From assembly GCA_964016885.1 (NCBI GenBank), contig OZ024740.1, forward strand, positions 69,192,001 to 69,256,000: DNA of 64,000 nt. The letters are read 5' to 3'. Under the pieces are notes generated by a model that was given only the letters and a program-made list of their open reading frames with translations, searched no databases and was not told the origin of the DNA. This document shows positions 51,589 through 64,000 of the stretch, piece by piece; the stretch's first letter is position 1, and the number at the start of each line of letters is the position of its first letter. The translations under genes and the position numbers were made by a program. This stretch comes from Eledone cirrhosa (lineage: Eukaryota).

Positions 51589-53658
51589 ATTGATCTATTT
51601 GCGAAAAGACTTAGATGGAGAACTTTTTTCTATGACAGATATTGCGACAACCAAGACTTCGGCACCAAGGAGAGATTCGGATTTATTACCTACAAATCTC
51701 CGCCCCTGAACCCCTTGCTCGCACCCTTCGAGAATGACCTCTTCCAACTGGTCAAGAACATTAAATTTAAACCCAGACACAACCGATTCCTACAAAAACT
51801 CCGTAGCAACTTAACAGAGTATGATAACACAAATGACATCATGGTGCATTCGGATAAAACTGGGAACCTATACTTTGTCAACCCTGACAGATACCACACA
51901 CTGATCAGGAGCAGCCTAAACTCCACCTATAAAAAGGCCAACCACTCTTGTATCGAGGACATAAATCGAGATGGACAACAAATCACCTCCAGCCTCGGGG
52001 TCGCCGACCGCACGGAACCTCTAGACCCACGGACACCATACTTCACACTGAAGGACCATAAATCCGATTTTGACCGTAAACCCTCCATCAGGCTTATTAA
52101 CCCAACGAAGTCCGACATAGGGAGAATCAGCAAAATAATCCTAGACCGCGTGATACCAAAAGTCAAGCAACACACCCGACTTAGCCTATGGATCAACACC
52201 CAGGAAGTAATCTCCTGGTTCAGCAATATGGAGGATAAACGAGAAACTAAATTCATACAGTTCGACATAGAGAGCTACTATGCTTCAATCACCTTACCGC
52301 TACTTACTGCCGCCTTGGACTTCTCCGAAACACTTGTGCCCATCACCGACCAGGAAAGAAAAATTATCCTCCACGCCAGGAAGACAGTCTTACTCTTTGA
52401 CGACTCTAAATGGATAAAAAGAGCTCCCGACTCACCCTTCGACGTCAGCATGGGCGCCACGGATTCGGCGGAGGTCACAGATCTTATAGGATTATTCCTA
52501 ATAGCCAAACTCACTGATATGTTTCCTGCATTCGGTGGTGGATTGTACCGTGATGATGGGCTCCTTACCCTTAAAGGGTACAACCCCAGTAGTACAGATC
52601 GGGTCCGGAAACAATTAATCAGATTCTTCCGCGACTGGGGATTTAAAATAACCCTACAAACGTCCCTGACCCGAGTAAACTTCCTGGACGTAACCCTCGA
52701 CCTCGAAAACGACCTGTACTACCCATACAGGAAACCTAATGACAATCTGCACTACATCCACCGCCGATCAAACCATCCTAGGAACATCACAAACAACCTG
52801 GTCAAAAACATCTCCCTCCGCATATCCCGTTTGTCAGCTAATGAGCGGATATTCGATGAACAAGCGCCTTATTACAACCAGGCCCTCAAGCGGAGTGGTT
52901 TCCGGGAGGAAATATCCTACTGTCCAGCTCCCATTAGCGGAACCAGCAGGAGACACCGCCGCTCACGCAATGTAACATGGTTCAATCCTCCCCACAACGC
53001 AGAGGTGACTACTCCCATCGGGAAACTATTCTTTAGGCTCATTGAAAAACACTTCCCATTACAACACCGCTACCACAACATAATTAACAAAAATACCATC
53101 AAACTCTCTTACAGCACTACACCAAACTTCGCACAAAACATCGTCTCCTCTAACAACAAAAAACTCAACCCCGATGGCAGAAATAACCTAATTAGCAGTG
53201 GAGAACCGACCAGGAGGTGTAACTGCCCGGATAGATCTATTTGCCCACTCGACAATAGATGCAGAGACCGTAATGTGATCTACCAGTGCAACGTGAGGAC
53301 GGATACCTCCAACAAAGCCTATATAGGACTTACCGCATGTGACTTCAAGACCCGGCTATACCAACATAGACATACCTTCCGAAACCCGGCCCGGCGTCAC
53401 GCCACTACACTTTCGGGCCACATATGGGACCTCAAGGACAACAACATCACCTATGATCTCACTTGGAGATTACTGTCCAGAGCCAATTCTTACACGGGAG
53501 GACGCCGTCCGTGCAATTTATGCTCGGAGGAAACTTTACAAATGCTGTTTTCGACGGACCAACTCCTAAACAAGAAAGATGAACTGGTTACTGCATGTAA
53601 ACATAGATTGCGTAGGACTTACCTCGCCCTCAAACCCCATAATGACCCGGGGGGGTAG
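51589..53658 (+). CDS. Penelope-like RT / GIY-YIG polyprotein, open frame, N-terminus cut at inversion junction
   Basis: IDLFAKRLRWRTFF.., SDKTGN, TLKDHK, RLINP, FDIESYY, MGATDSAEV, YRDDGL, NFLDVT, SNHP, WFNPP, CNCPDRSICPL..C, VIY..YIG, CNLC, CKH; no internal stop; first in-frame ATG at 51841. Confidence 0.95.
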   Translation: MDLFAKRLRWRTFFYDRYCDNQDFGTKERFGFITYKSPPLNPLLAPFENDLFQLVKNIKFKPRHNRFLQKLRSNLTEYDNTNDIMVHSDKTGNLYFVNPDRYHTLIRSSLNSTYKKANHSCIEDINRDGQQITSSLGVADRTEPLDPRTPYFTLKDHKSDFDRKPSIRLINPTKSDIGRISKIILDRVIPKVKQHTRLSLWINTQEVISWFSNMEDKRETKFIQFDIESYYASITLPLLTAALDFSETLVPITDQERKIILHARKTVLLFDDSKWIKRAPDSPFDVSMGATDSAEVTDLIGLFLIAKLTDMFPAFGGGLYRDDGLLTLKGYNPSSTDRVRKQLIRFFRDWGFKITLQTSLTRVNFLDVTLDLENDLYYPYRKPNDNLHYIHRRSNHPRNITNNLVKNISLRISRLSANERIFDEQAPYYNQALKRSGFREEISYCPAPISGTSRRHRRSRNVTWFNPPHNAEVTTPIGKLFFRLIEKHFPLQHRYHNIINKNTIKLSYSTTPNFAQNIVSSNNKKLNPDGRNNLISSGEPTRRCNCPDRSICPLDNRCRDRNVIYQCNVRTDTSNKAYIGLTACDFKTRLYQHRHTFRNPARRHATTLSGHIWDLKDNNITYDLTWRLLSRANSYTGGRRPCNLCSEETLQMLFSTDQLLNKKDELVTACKHRLRRTYLALKPHNDPGG

Positions 53659-54766
53659 ACTAGGGCTATAACACCCCAGTTGCCGATTTTGCAATAGGTA
53701 ACCCCTGCTTGCCAAGGAAGACGTAAGATCTTCTTTGTATTCTTTTATCGCTTCCTTTATTTCCTTCCCCCCTCTCCCCTTTGTCCTTCTACCCCAGCTC
53801 TTCTCCTTTGTCGGCGTCTTTTCTCGCCCACCCGAGGCTGCCCTTTGGCCCCATGTAGCCTTAGTACCCCCACCCCCCCTCCCCTAGTCTTTGATAGATT
53901 TGGCGGACTCCGCCCTTTATAGCAGCTGGCTTAGACCCCGGATACTTTCCCCCTTTTTCCGACCGCTCCCACTATTCTCTGTGCCCTCTATATTTCTTAG
54001 TGGCACATGCCTTATTTTTTCGTTTCAGTATTTCTTGCTTCGCTCTTCTTCTGGGCGGGGTGGATTCTGAATTTATTTCTCCGTATTCTACCTTTATTTC
54101 GTACGAACTTTCATGTAGCTTGTTTTAGATCTTTTAGAGTTAGCATTAGTATATATTTTTCTCGGGACTCAGAATTATTATCTCGTACAAGTTCACTTTG
54201 CTGCACTGGGGCGTTGCTGGCCCGGGATGAAAACCTTTATTGTTTATTTCGTGGTAGTCTCTTTAGTATTTTGGCCCCTTTTGTTGACCCGTCACCGTAT
54301 CATTTACGTACTTATACCTCTTAAAAGGGTCCTTGCCTACCGTCCCACCTAGTTCTCTTACTTATTTCCTTATTTATTCATTTATTTATTTTTTTACTTC
54401 TTTCTTTCTTTCTTTATTTTATTCTCGCCTAACAATAGCCTGACACCTAGGTCGTAGAATTTAATTTACTTTACTTTTCTTTACACTTATTTGCCTTTCT
54501 TCACTCTCAGTATTTTTTTTTTTTTCTTTCCTATTTCTACCCCCCATTGTTCTACCTACCGTTCCGACTTCCTCCCCCTCCCCCTCCCCTGTATCTTCTT
54601 TGACCTCATGCCCAGCTGTAGCTGGCACTACCAACGCTTGATTGGGTCTACTCCACCCCCTCCCCTCTTTCTCCTACTGGCAGGTTTAGCCACCATCTCC
54701 CCTACTAATTTGCAACCACAGAATTACTACTGATTTTTGACAATCACTTTGACCATATATGGAATT

Positions 54767-54860
54767 ACCCCTTGAGAAGATCGGCTATTTAAATACCAGG
54801 ATAAATTTTCATTTAGTCCAGAATTAGCCGTCGAAACGGCTTGAGCTCAGCTGTCGGGGT
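54767..54860 (+). ncRNA. Type I hammerhead ribozyme, U3-A8 variant, long branched stem II
   Basis: acccc-TTGAGAA-ga(t)cggcta..tagccgtc-GAAA-CGGC ttgagctca GCTG-TC^ggggt; predicted cleavage after 54855. Confidence 0.88.
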
Positions 54861-54872
54861 CTTACTGGTTCC

Positions 54873-54996
<124 letters not shown>

Positions 54997-55469
54997 CACA
55001 CACGCACACACATATGTACATATTTATATGCGTGCGTGCATATAGTCGTAACACTGAATTTTTTCCCGAAAGGTCATTATTGATTCGAATTATGTTGTAT
55101 GTATATATGTATGTATGTATGTATACATTCATGCATGCATGTATGTATGTATGCATGGATATATTTCATTTCCTGGCGTAAAACTTTCTACTGTGAAATA
55201 ATTATTTCCCAAATGTTTATATCAGATATATGTTTTTGCAAAACAATATGTCCTCCTGAAATGAATCTTGTTTTTGTAAAATATGATTTGCTATTTCTTA
55301 GCTACGCTCTGTTATGTTTTGTATGTATTCACAAACAAACACACACACACATTCATACACGCACGCATGCACACACGCACGCACACACACGTTCACACAC
55401 ACACACATAAGCACGCAGATAGATCAACTCCCACTCACACATACACAGACATAGACACAGACACACAAA

Positions 55470-55564
55470 TATATATATACGTGTGTGTGCCTGCGTGTGT
55501 ACGTATATATGTGTATATATGTATATATAAATGCGTATACATTTATATATGTGTATAAGTGTAC

Positions 55565-55607
<43 letters not shown>

Positions 55608-55712
55608 AATATATATATATGTATATGTGTATATGTGTATATGTGTATATATATATATATGTGTATGTGTATATATATATGTGTGTATATATATATATAT
55701 ACATATATATAT

Positions 55713-55743
<31 letters not shown>

Positions 55744-55943
55744 TACATATACACAGACACACACACATATATATATATATGTATATATATATATACATAA
55801 TATATATACATATATACATATATATATATATATACATATACACAGACACACACACACATATATATATATTTGTATATATATATATACATATATATATACA
55901 TATATATACATATATACATATATATATATATACATATACACAG

Positions 55944-56008
<65 letters not shown>

Positions 56009-56090
56009 TGTAAAATATATAGATATATATATATATATATATACATATATATAATATATATATATGCACACACAGACACACACATATATG

Positions 56091-56123
<33 letters not shown>

Positions 56124-56240
56124 GTATATATATATATATTTATATATATATATACATATATACATATATATATATATGTATATATAAATATATATATATA
56201 TGTATATATATACATATGTATATGTAAATATATGTATAAC
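55470..56240. repeat. Long compound (TA)/(CA)/(TG) microsatellite, largest of dozens in the window
   Basis: Directly visible; source of the IYIY/VCVC pseudo-ORFs. Confidence 0.97.
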
Positions 56241-56622
56241 TTCTTTGTATCACCGTTACAAAATAACTTGTTGTCGTTATCATGTTTCTGGTTAATTACA
56301 TGTTTGAGGTTGATTTCTTTGTTGACTTTTTGTGGCTTTGATATCAATGTTGTTCTTTATTTTATATCTTTTCATTGCTTTTCATTGGTTCTGTAATTAA
56401 TTATACCTGATATCTCGCTAGATATGTATATATATGCGCATATGTATGTGAATCTTTGTTTTTGTTTTTTGTTTCTTAGCAATGCCCTTCGTAATATTAT
56501 GTATGATCTATACTCTTACGTATTAGTTATTAATTAATATGTATGTGATTCTTCTTTCATACACAAACACACGTCATGCTTTGCATTTACATATATTCAT
56601 ACATAAATATACACACTGCCTA

Positions 56623-56679
<57 letters not shown>

Positions 56680-58699
56680 TCAGGCATACACACAACCGAC
56701 ATTTAATAATAATCAAATCACATCAGTTTTATTTTCTTTGGCCATTTTCATGTGTAGAATCATATAAACAACTTTATAATCTTTTTCCATTTCTGTGACT
56801 TGTAAAGATATTCTCTTAAAAATCTTTGTAAAACTTCTTAATGATCCAAATATCATTTGTAAACATCCTCTTTATTTATTTTCCTAATATATTTTCTTCC
56901 TTTTAAAGTTCGGTGAGCAATCCTATTTTTGCAACATAGTAAAATTTGTATTTGCTTCTGATTCTATATTTCACAATGTCGTATCTCTTTGATGGAAAAG
57001 TGCTGGAGGGAATATATGCTGTAGAGGAAGGATTAGTTACTGATTAGCTAATTCCCTGCTACCGATACGGTTTCAGTTTGAATGAATGTTCTCTTTGTCT
57101 AAGTAGGTGTTAATCCAAGAATTTCATCAAACTAGTTTGTATCTAGGTTTCATTTGCTGTAAGTGATTAAATGTACATAACATCCCACGTCAGTCAGGGT
57201 ATTAAACCCAAACTGATGTGAGTACATACTTGTTTTTCTGTTCATTAGACTTTATAAACCTGAAAGGAAGGTTTCGAAGTCACTTGCACCGCCATATCCG
57301 GAAATCGAACTAATAAGGGGCAGTGCAATTCACTTAATTTAAACAGAGTCCTTTGCGATTACTCCATTCTCATTTAGTATGCATTACGAGAGTTTTAATG
57401 CGTACTAGATATGAATTTTATAAAATACTTTCCATATCGAATTACTTGCTTTGTAATTTACTATACAGAATCAGAAAGTGTAGTAATCAAAACTTACGTC
57501 TGCAGAATTTCAACAGAGAACATGAATTCATCTTTAGATAAATAGATTAATGTTCGGTTTTCCAGCACACATTTGATTTCTTGCAGTTGTCAAGATCTTG
57601 TATTGCTAAACGTATGGAACATACGCAGTAGAGAAATTAACCTCTCCATGCAGATGATATCGTATTTATTTCTTCCCTAAAATACCACAGTAGAGAGGCA
57701 TTCACCTAGGACATGGGGATACAGTATGATGGTTAAGAGGTTTGACTTGCAAGCATATGGTCCCCAGTTCGATTTTAATGCGTGTTATCTCAACCAATTC
57801 TCATGCCCCAAAGCCTCATGTCGGCCCAACTCTTCTGAGTGAACTTGCAGAGACAGAAACGATTTATGAGCCAGTCTGTGACTGTTCCTGTAATTCAAAG
57901 TTCTGGTTTGGTACACATTTTGCCACATTGGGTCCGCCAGAAAGTACGTTACGGTTGCACGCAGTTAGATGAAATGTCAAAGAGAAGGATGGGAACGAGT
58001 AGATTACAAAGAAAGTAGTAACAATTTCATCAATATTAAAGACAAGCTCATTTACTTACATTATGTTTTTCAGTCGGAGAAGATACAAGCGTATTATTAG
58101 AAGATGGATCTCTACTTTAAAAATAGAAACATGTTATATAAATATTTCTAGTTGTTAGTAAATTGAGGGGTGTTATCTATAAGCATATTTTCTAGAAACG
58201 GTGGTGGTGATAGTTGCGTTTGTAGTAAAAAGAGGAAAGTGAAGACTAGTATTCTATAAATATCGCATTACCCACACAATTATGTTGATGTTACATATGT
58301 ACAATATATATATACAACGATTTTGCTCTTCAACATTTTATTTTGTTTGCTTCAAAACCTATTAAATCATCAGAACCTTGAATGGGGAAATCTCTTGATA
58401 ATTGTTAAAAATCGCACTTCTAAAAACAGTTAGTTGATAAGTAAGCACAGTTGATTTAATGTATGAAAATGTTTTGTCAACATTTTTATAAAAACTCGAA
58501 ATTTGGGAATAGAAAACAGCAGTGAAATGAAATATTTTACCTTCTCTCTTTCACTATCATTTATTCATTCATTCTCTTTTTTTTTCATCAGCCTTTATCA
58601 AAAGCACACGCACACACATACACACGCATATAGATAGGTGCGCCTGTATGTGTGGGCGTATGTGTTTCTGTTTGAGTGTTTTGTGAGGTTACGTGTGAT

Positions 58700-58748
<49 letters not shown>

Positions 58749-58749
58749 G

Positions 58750-58781
<32 letters not shown>

Positions 58782-58846
58782 ATATATGTACATACACACA
58801 CACACATACACAGAGACAGAGACATAAACACAGACACACACACAGG

Positions 58847-58948
<102 letters not shown>

Positions 58949-58968
58949 TATATATATATATATATATA

Positions 58969-59061
<93 letters not shown>

Positions 59062-59258
59062 CATTCTTATTTATTATTGATAAGTGGTGAGATTCATTAC
59101 TCTGGTACTTTACCTATGCACACCCACTACAGGCACTGATGACGCTGCAAGTGCTCAGGTGAAACACTGGAATAGCAAATCTCACCCATTTAATCTCTAA
59201 TCTCAGCATTGTGTATTGTTACTCACGTCCGTCAATAATACACACACACACACACACG

Positions 59259-59300
<42 letters not shown>

Positions 59301-59440
59301 GGAAAAGAATAAGGACCCCGACGGCAGAGCCCAAGCCTCTGTGTCCTGACTCTTTTCCTACTACACACTCTACTACCCAAAGCATCGAGTAGTCTAGTGC
59401 GTTTTGGTCCACCTGGTTCCTTACCACACTTGCTTCGTTA
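59301..59440. mobile_element. Miniature fold-back derivative of the Naiad-type family
   Basis: Inverted hammerhead 3' end followed by the full terminal tail homologous to the reverse complement of 50496-50580; (TA)n flanks. Confidence 0.82.
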
Positions 59441-59980
59441 TATATATATATATATATATATAAATTAGCGAGAATCGTATTTCGGCTATGGAAATTAGCG
59501 AAAAACATCTTCCGAGATGTGTGGCAAGCGCTCCATAGAAGTTAGTGAACTAGAGCTACAACATAAGTTAAAAGGCCAAACACACTGAGACGATGGTTAA
59601 ACCATTATCCGCACAGCCATAGAAACGACCAAGTAATTCGGGTCAAACAAATAAAATATGATTGAAAATTATACCCGGACCCCTGGAAGGTTGGTAAAAT
59701 CCAGCATTTGGGTTTCTGCAACTCCTAAATCAGGTACTGTCTGCTTAGACAAATAATGTTAAGCTTTTGGTAAGATGATTGAACAAGGAAGTCACTTTCT
59801 CAAAGGCTTTTAGTTCAAGTGCCAAGCCAAGGACTGACCGTTATCAAAACTCACGTGGGGCTCGACAAGTGGGGCAACCCTTAGTTTTGGCGGATGAATT
59901 CAGTATGTGTGTTATTATTGCAAAATTGCAAAATATCACAAAACGAATTAAGTTCTCAACAGAATGGTTTTAAAATTAAT

Positions 59981-60164
59981 TATTTCTACTTTAGGCACAA
60001 GGCCAGCAATTACCCAGTGCATTACTGGTACTTTATTTTATCGACCCCGTAAGGATGAAAGACAAAGTCAACCTCGGCGGGATTTGAACTCAGATCGTAA
60101 AGGGACGTAACTATGCTGGAAAGCATGGCGTCCGACCCTCTACCAATACTGCCAATCCACCGCC
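59981..60164 (-). mobile_element. Young tRNA-type SINE with TSD
   Basis: Near-identical to 33435-33619; TSD tggtttt(t)aaaattaat on both sides. Confidence 0.92.
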
Positions 60165-61948
60165 TTTGGTTTTTAAAATTAATAAAAGCTATTCATCAGT
60201 CAATAGAATTAACTAAAAAAAATCAAGAAAATTAACTGGTCAATAGCTAGACTCGGGAGATTAATACAAATATAATTAGCGAGAATCGTATTTCGGCTAA
60301 TAGAAATATATGTATATATATATATATCAACCTTTTTGCGTTTATCGTTGTTGTGGTATAAGTATGGCTTTTCTTGGTGACACACTTTATTAACTTATGT
60401 GTTTACTTTGGACTATAATGTACTAACTTCTCGCTCCATTGAGTGCTTTGGACTGCTTCATACAATTCGATTCATACTCAATATTATATATATATATATA
60501 TATGTCTCTGTGTGTGTATGCGTATATATATATATGTTATTTCACCTATCTATCTTCGTATCCCACGCTTTTTCTTGCTCCCCACTCTCTTTATCATTTA
60601 CACTTTTTTCATAATTATATCATTCCTGTTTTCCTTGTCTTTGTTTTTGATACCTTTCATCTTTCGTGTTCACCAATTGAAAATGTTTGCTAATACTATA
60701 TAGAATGTAGCCTTAGAAGTTTATGAAATATAAATGGAAATTAATCACTTTCTCAATGAATATGAATAAGCCCATTTAATTCTGTAAATTTATTCTATAT
60801 AATATTCAATATTACACTAAAATAGAAAAATAGTGGGGGGGAAATACGCTTATGTATTCGATGTGTAATATGCCCAGTGAATTAAATATACTTTTGATAT
60901 TTATAATGTTTTATTTTTATATTTCTTTCAAAATTAATCTTATCTGAAAGGTAATAAAAAAAATAAGGGAAATGTTTCATTATAAGAGATATAACGTGAC
61001 AAATTGATTTATTGTAGTTAACCCATATTAGAATACTTAAAACCCGCCGAGCTGAGTGTTTTCGTTTAAATATTTATATTTGATATTGATGAAATATAAT
61101 TTCTAATTCACCAGGTTGGACATATGTGTTAGTTTGAGAAAGACAAGGCCTCAAGGTAAGGGAGCAAAGGGTTTTTATTTGTTGCATAATCGGTTATATG
61201 AATGGGTCTTGTTGAAAATAATCTGGTATCTGAGCTAAGCAAATAGTTATTTTCCAGTTCAGCAAATAGTTCCATTTAAGAATGCCGAATTTAATAATGA
61301 ATAAAATTTAATTGAATATGAATATTCATTAAAATATTTTGTTGATTATCGGCGCTGGAGTAGCCAAATTCACACAAACGATAAAAGAATAGTTTCATAC
61401 ATCTCAGAAAAATATTTTTTCATAGTGATAAGATACATCGATAAAATTCTAATGGAATATGAGTCTTTCATAAGTTGTCTAGGGAAATGCATAATTAAAA
61501 GGCGTATATATAGACATAAGGGGAACACGTTCTTTTTACTATCATGTGATTTCAAGTATAATAGCATGCATGGAACCTATCTACAATGTTGTCATCGTGA
61601 AATTTTATACAAGAAATCATGAAAAATATCTATTGTATTTGTGTGTAGGGCGATTGCGTGTGTGTGTTTGTGTATAGGTGCGTACGTGAGTGTGCATGTA
61701 TGTGTTTGTGTGTGTGTTTGTGTATAGGTGCGCACGTGAGTGTGAGTGCGTGTGTGTGTATGGGTGAGCGCGTAAGTGTGCGTGTGTGTTTAGGAATCAG
61801 TGAACTGATTTTGTCGAACTAAAATAACTTGCAGTATATGAGTCCTGATATATATTTTCATTTGAAATACGAATCAAAAATACATAATAGTAGCGCAACG
61901 TCTATTTTCTAAGCATTACTTCACTCTGAACGTAACACTTGCTTCATG

Positions 61949-61979
<31 letters not shown>

Positions 61980-61996
61980 CATATATAAATATATAC

Positions 61997-62055
<59 letters not shown>

Positions 62056-62270
62056 CATACCTAAATGCCCATATATATTAAATACGATTATTATTTTTTA
62101 TTTTCCTGATGGTTTCGTTGTGGCGTCGTAGGGTCATTTGTGTTTCAGGTAAACTGCCATGCTTAAATATTATAATGGATGTCAACACACTGTGCATCAA
62201 TATATACATATGTTTCTGTATGTCTCTTGTGTTGAAAAGGAGGTCTAGTATGTAAACAATCATTGAAAAA

Positions 62271-62319
62271 TTGCTCCGAAGACCCCAAACCTCGGTTTGG
62301 AAGAAACAATTGTAAGCGA
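62271..62319 (+). ncRNA. Type I hammerhead ribozyme, C4 variant (diverged copy)
   Basis: ttgct-CCGAAGA-cc ccaaac ctcg gtttgg aa-GAAA-CAATTG-TA^agcga; same family as 12421. Confidence 0.7.
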
Positions 62320-62355
62320 ATAAATGATTTGAACAGAACTTTGATTCATGTAATT

Positions 62356-62477
<122 letters not shown>

Positions 62478-63915
62478 GAGAGCGAGAGAGATTTGGGGAG
62501 GGTAATGCTGCCACTGCCTGAAATATATAGTAAAACAAACTCACTATTTGTTTTGGTTTTGTTTTTCACTTCAGTATATCTTATATTTCTATAATCACTT
62601 CATCAGACAATCTATGTTTATCATTGATTGACCAACCGTTAAAAATATGGATATAAATATAGTTTCTCAGACTTCTTTCGGCTAACACCTGCGACATCAT
62701 CGGTGATGTCAGAGTGTCTTACTATATATTTATGGCAATATTATTACAAAAGGACCCTCCCCAAATATCTTAATATTTGTTTCAACACAGGATTTCATAT
62801 CAAAAGCCTTGGGTGTGTGTTGGGAGGATTGAACGATTCGGTGTTCCTGAGCAAACACATTTGTTCATTATTTTTTACCAGCTGCTGTATTTTTTCCGAT
62901 TTTCTTATTTATAGCCATCGACGATTATTATAGTCATTTTTGCATACTTCTCTAAGAAGTTGCTTCCAACCTTGATTTCCGAGATGTTCGACATCATCAT
63001 GGTGGTGTCGGCTGCATGTAACGATGCAGCCCTTCCACACCACAAAACATCCGAGGTGGTTACGGCTGAAACTGCTTCAAAGTATGAGAGATCTACGAGA
63101 TTTGACTTCAGGCTAAACAACTCCATAGACTTACACCAACAATATCAACAACATCAATAACAACATCAACCATTACATAACTGTTCAACTATTATCCGCA
63201 ATTACACCAGATAACGCCAACAACTCGAAAAGTAATCTAAAATGTCCTATGCTCTGAGCAAATAGAAAACGTGTTACTTCAATCGGCAGGAAACGTGGAG
63301 TCTAACAGTGATTCATGCTTCAGCAAGCTAATCAAATTATTTCTGTGATTATTTGATAGAAAGCGTAATTCAAGAATAAAAATTCGCTGCATTTCAGAAA
63401 ATCTTCGAGGGTAATTCTCAAAATAAAAATATATTTTTCGACTAAGAATAAGATCATTTTTGTAGACAGCTGAATTGATTCGAATATATTATAAATGGTG
63501 AATAGAACAATAAAATAATAGCATTTATATTATACTACAATTGCCTAAAGTCAGTAATGTTATTGAGTATAGATGTGGAGAGAGATTATCGTGTCAAAAG
63601 CTTATATCGTAAAATGCCGACTTATGTGAATGTTTGGTACAAACCTCCTTTCTATACAATCAATCACACGTGTTGTGTATTGCTAAAAAATATAGAAATA
63701 TACTTAGACTACTGCTGCTCAATATTAAATATATAAAAGCATTAGCAGAATAGTTAAAGGGGAAGCTTAATAACGTATCTTTACATCCTGTGTTCCAATC
63801 CCATCGCCATGACAAACTATAGTACTAGTCATTTCCGAGTGTTGACATAATCTACTGAATTCCTTGCAAAATAGGACGCCTTGTCCCTACGAGAGATATC
63901 ATTATTATATCCATT

Positions 63916-63986
63916 ACGGAGTCGATAAAATAAAGTACCAGTAATGCACTGGGTAATTGTTGGCCTTGTGCCTAAAGTAGAAACAG
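63916..63986 (+). mobile_element. 5'-truncated SINE with 14 bp TSD
   Basis: SINE 3' end; TSD ttattatatccatt at 63902 and 63987. Confidence 0.85.
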
Positions 63987-64000
63987 TTATTATATCCATT

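Larger units (their letters stand above)
50496..54872 (+). mobile_element. Young Penelope-like retroelement (Naiad-type) with inverted pseudo-LTRs
   Basis: RT+GIY-YIG ORF; 50574-51580 is a near-perfect inverted copy of 53884-54875; extra 78 bp tail 50496-50573; (TA)n on both flanks; hammerhead in each arm. Confidence 0.95.

Noticed and set aside
51589-53900. Selenoprotein-type Naiad (in-frame UGA plus SECIS)
   Set aside because: ORF has no in-frame TGA and its cysteines are normal codons
51139-54324. Twin 105-aa hydrophobic ORFs (51139-51456 -, 54007-54324 +)
   Set aside because: Same pLTR sequence seen twice; T-rich UTR gives hydrophobic codons; no evidence of coding constraint

Overview
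AT-rich, microsatellite-dense metazoan DNA, most likely an octopod cephalopod judging by its SINE family. No intact host gene is visible, and almost all short ORFs in the track are microsatellite artefacts. Contents: (1) three R4/Dong-type RLE non-LTR retrotransposons in (TAA)n tracts at 1-6.7 kb; (2) a young, nearly full-length Penelope-like element of Naiad type (RT + GIY-YIG, ORF 51589-53658) with ~1 kb inverted pseudo-LTRs, and a second Naiad-type family as a 2.6 kb fold-back; (3) about 15 type I hammerhead ribozyme motifs in about 9 sequence contexts, most with non-canonical features (U3-A8, C4, U10.1-U11.1, very long stem II). Many lie in asymmetric fold-back elements inserted in (TA)n, including a retrozyme-like tandem unit; (4) tRNA-type SINEs with TSDs, hAT-type MITEs, a Helentron-like element and RTE remnants; (5) scattered, heavily decayed YWTD/EGF/LDLa-like exon relics on the + strand that suggest a long-dead LRP-family gene spanning the window. 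All calls were made by eye, without database searches or folding software.
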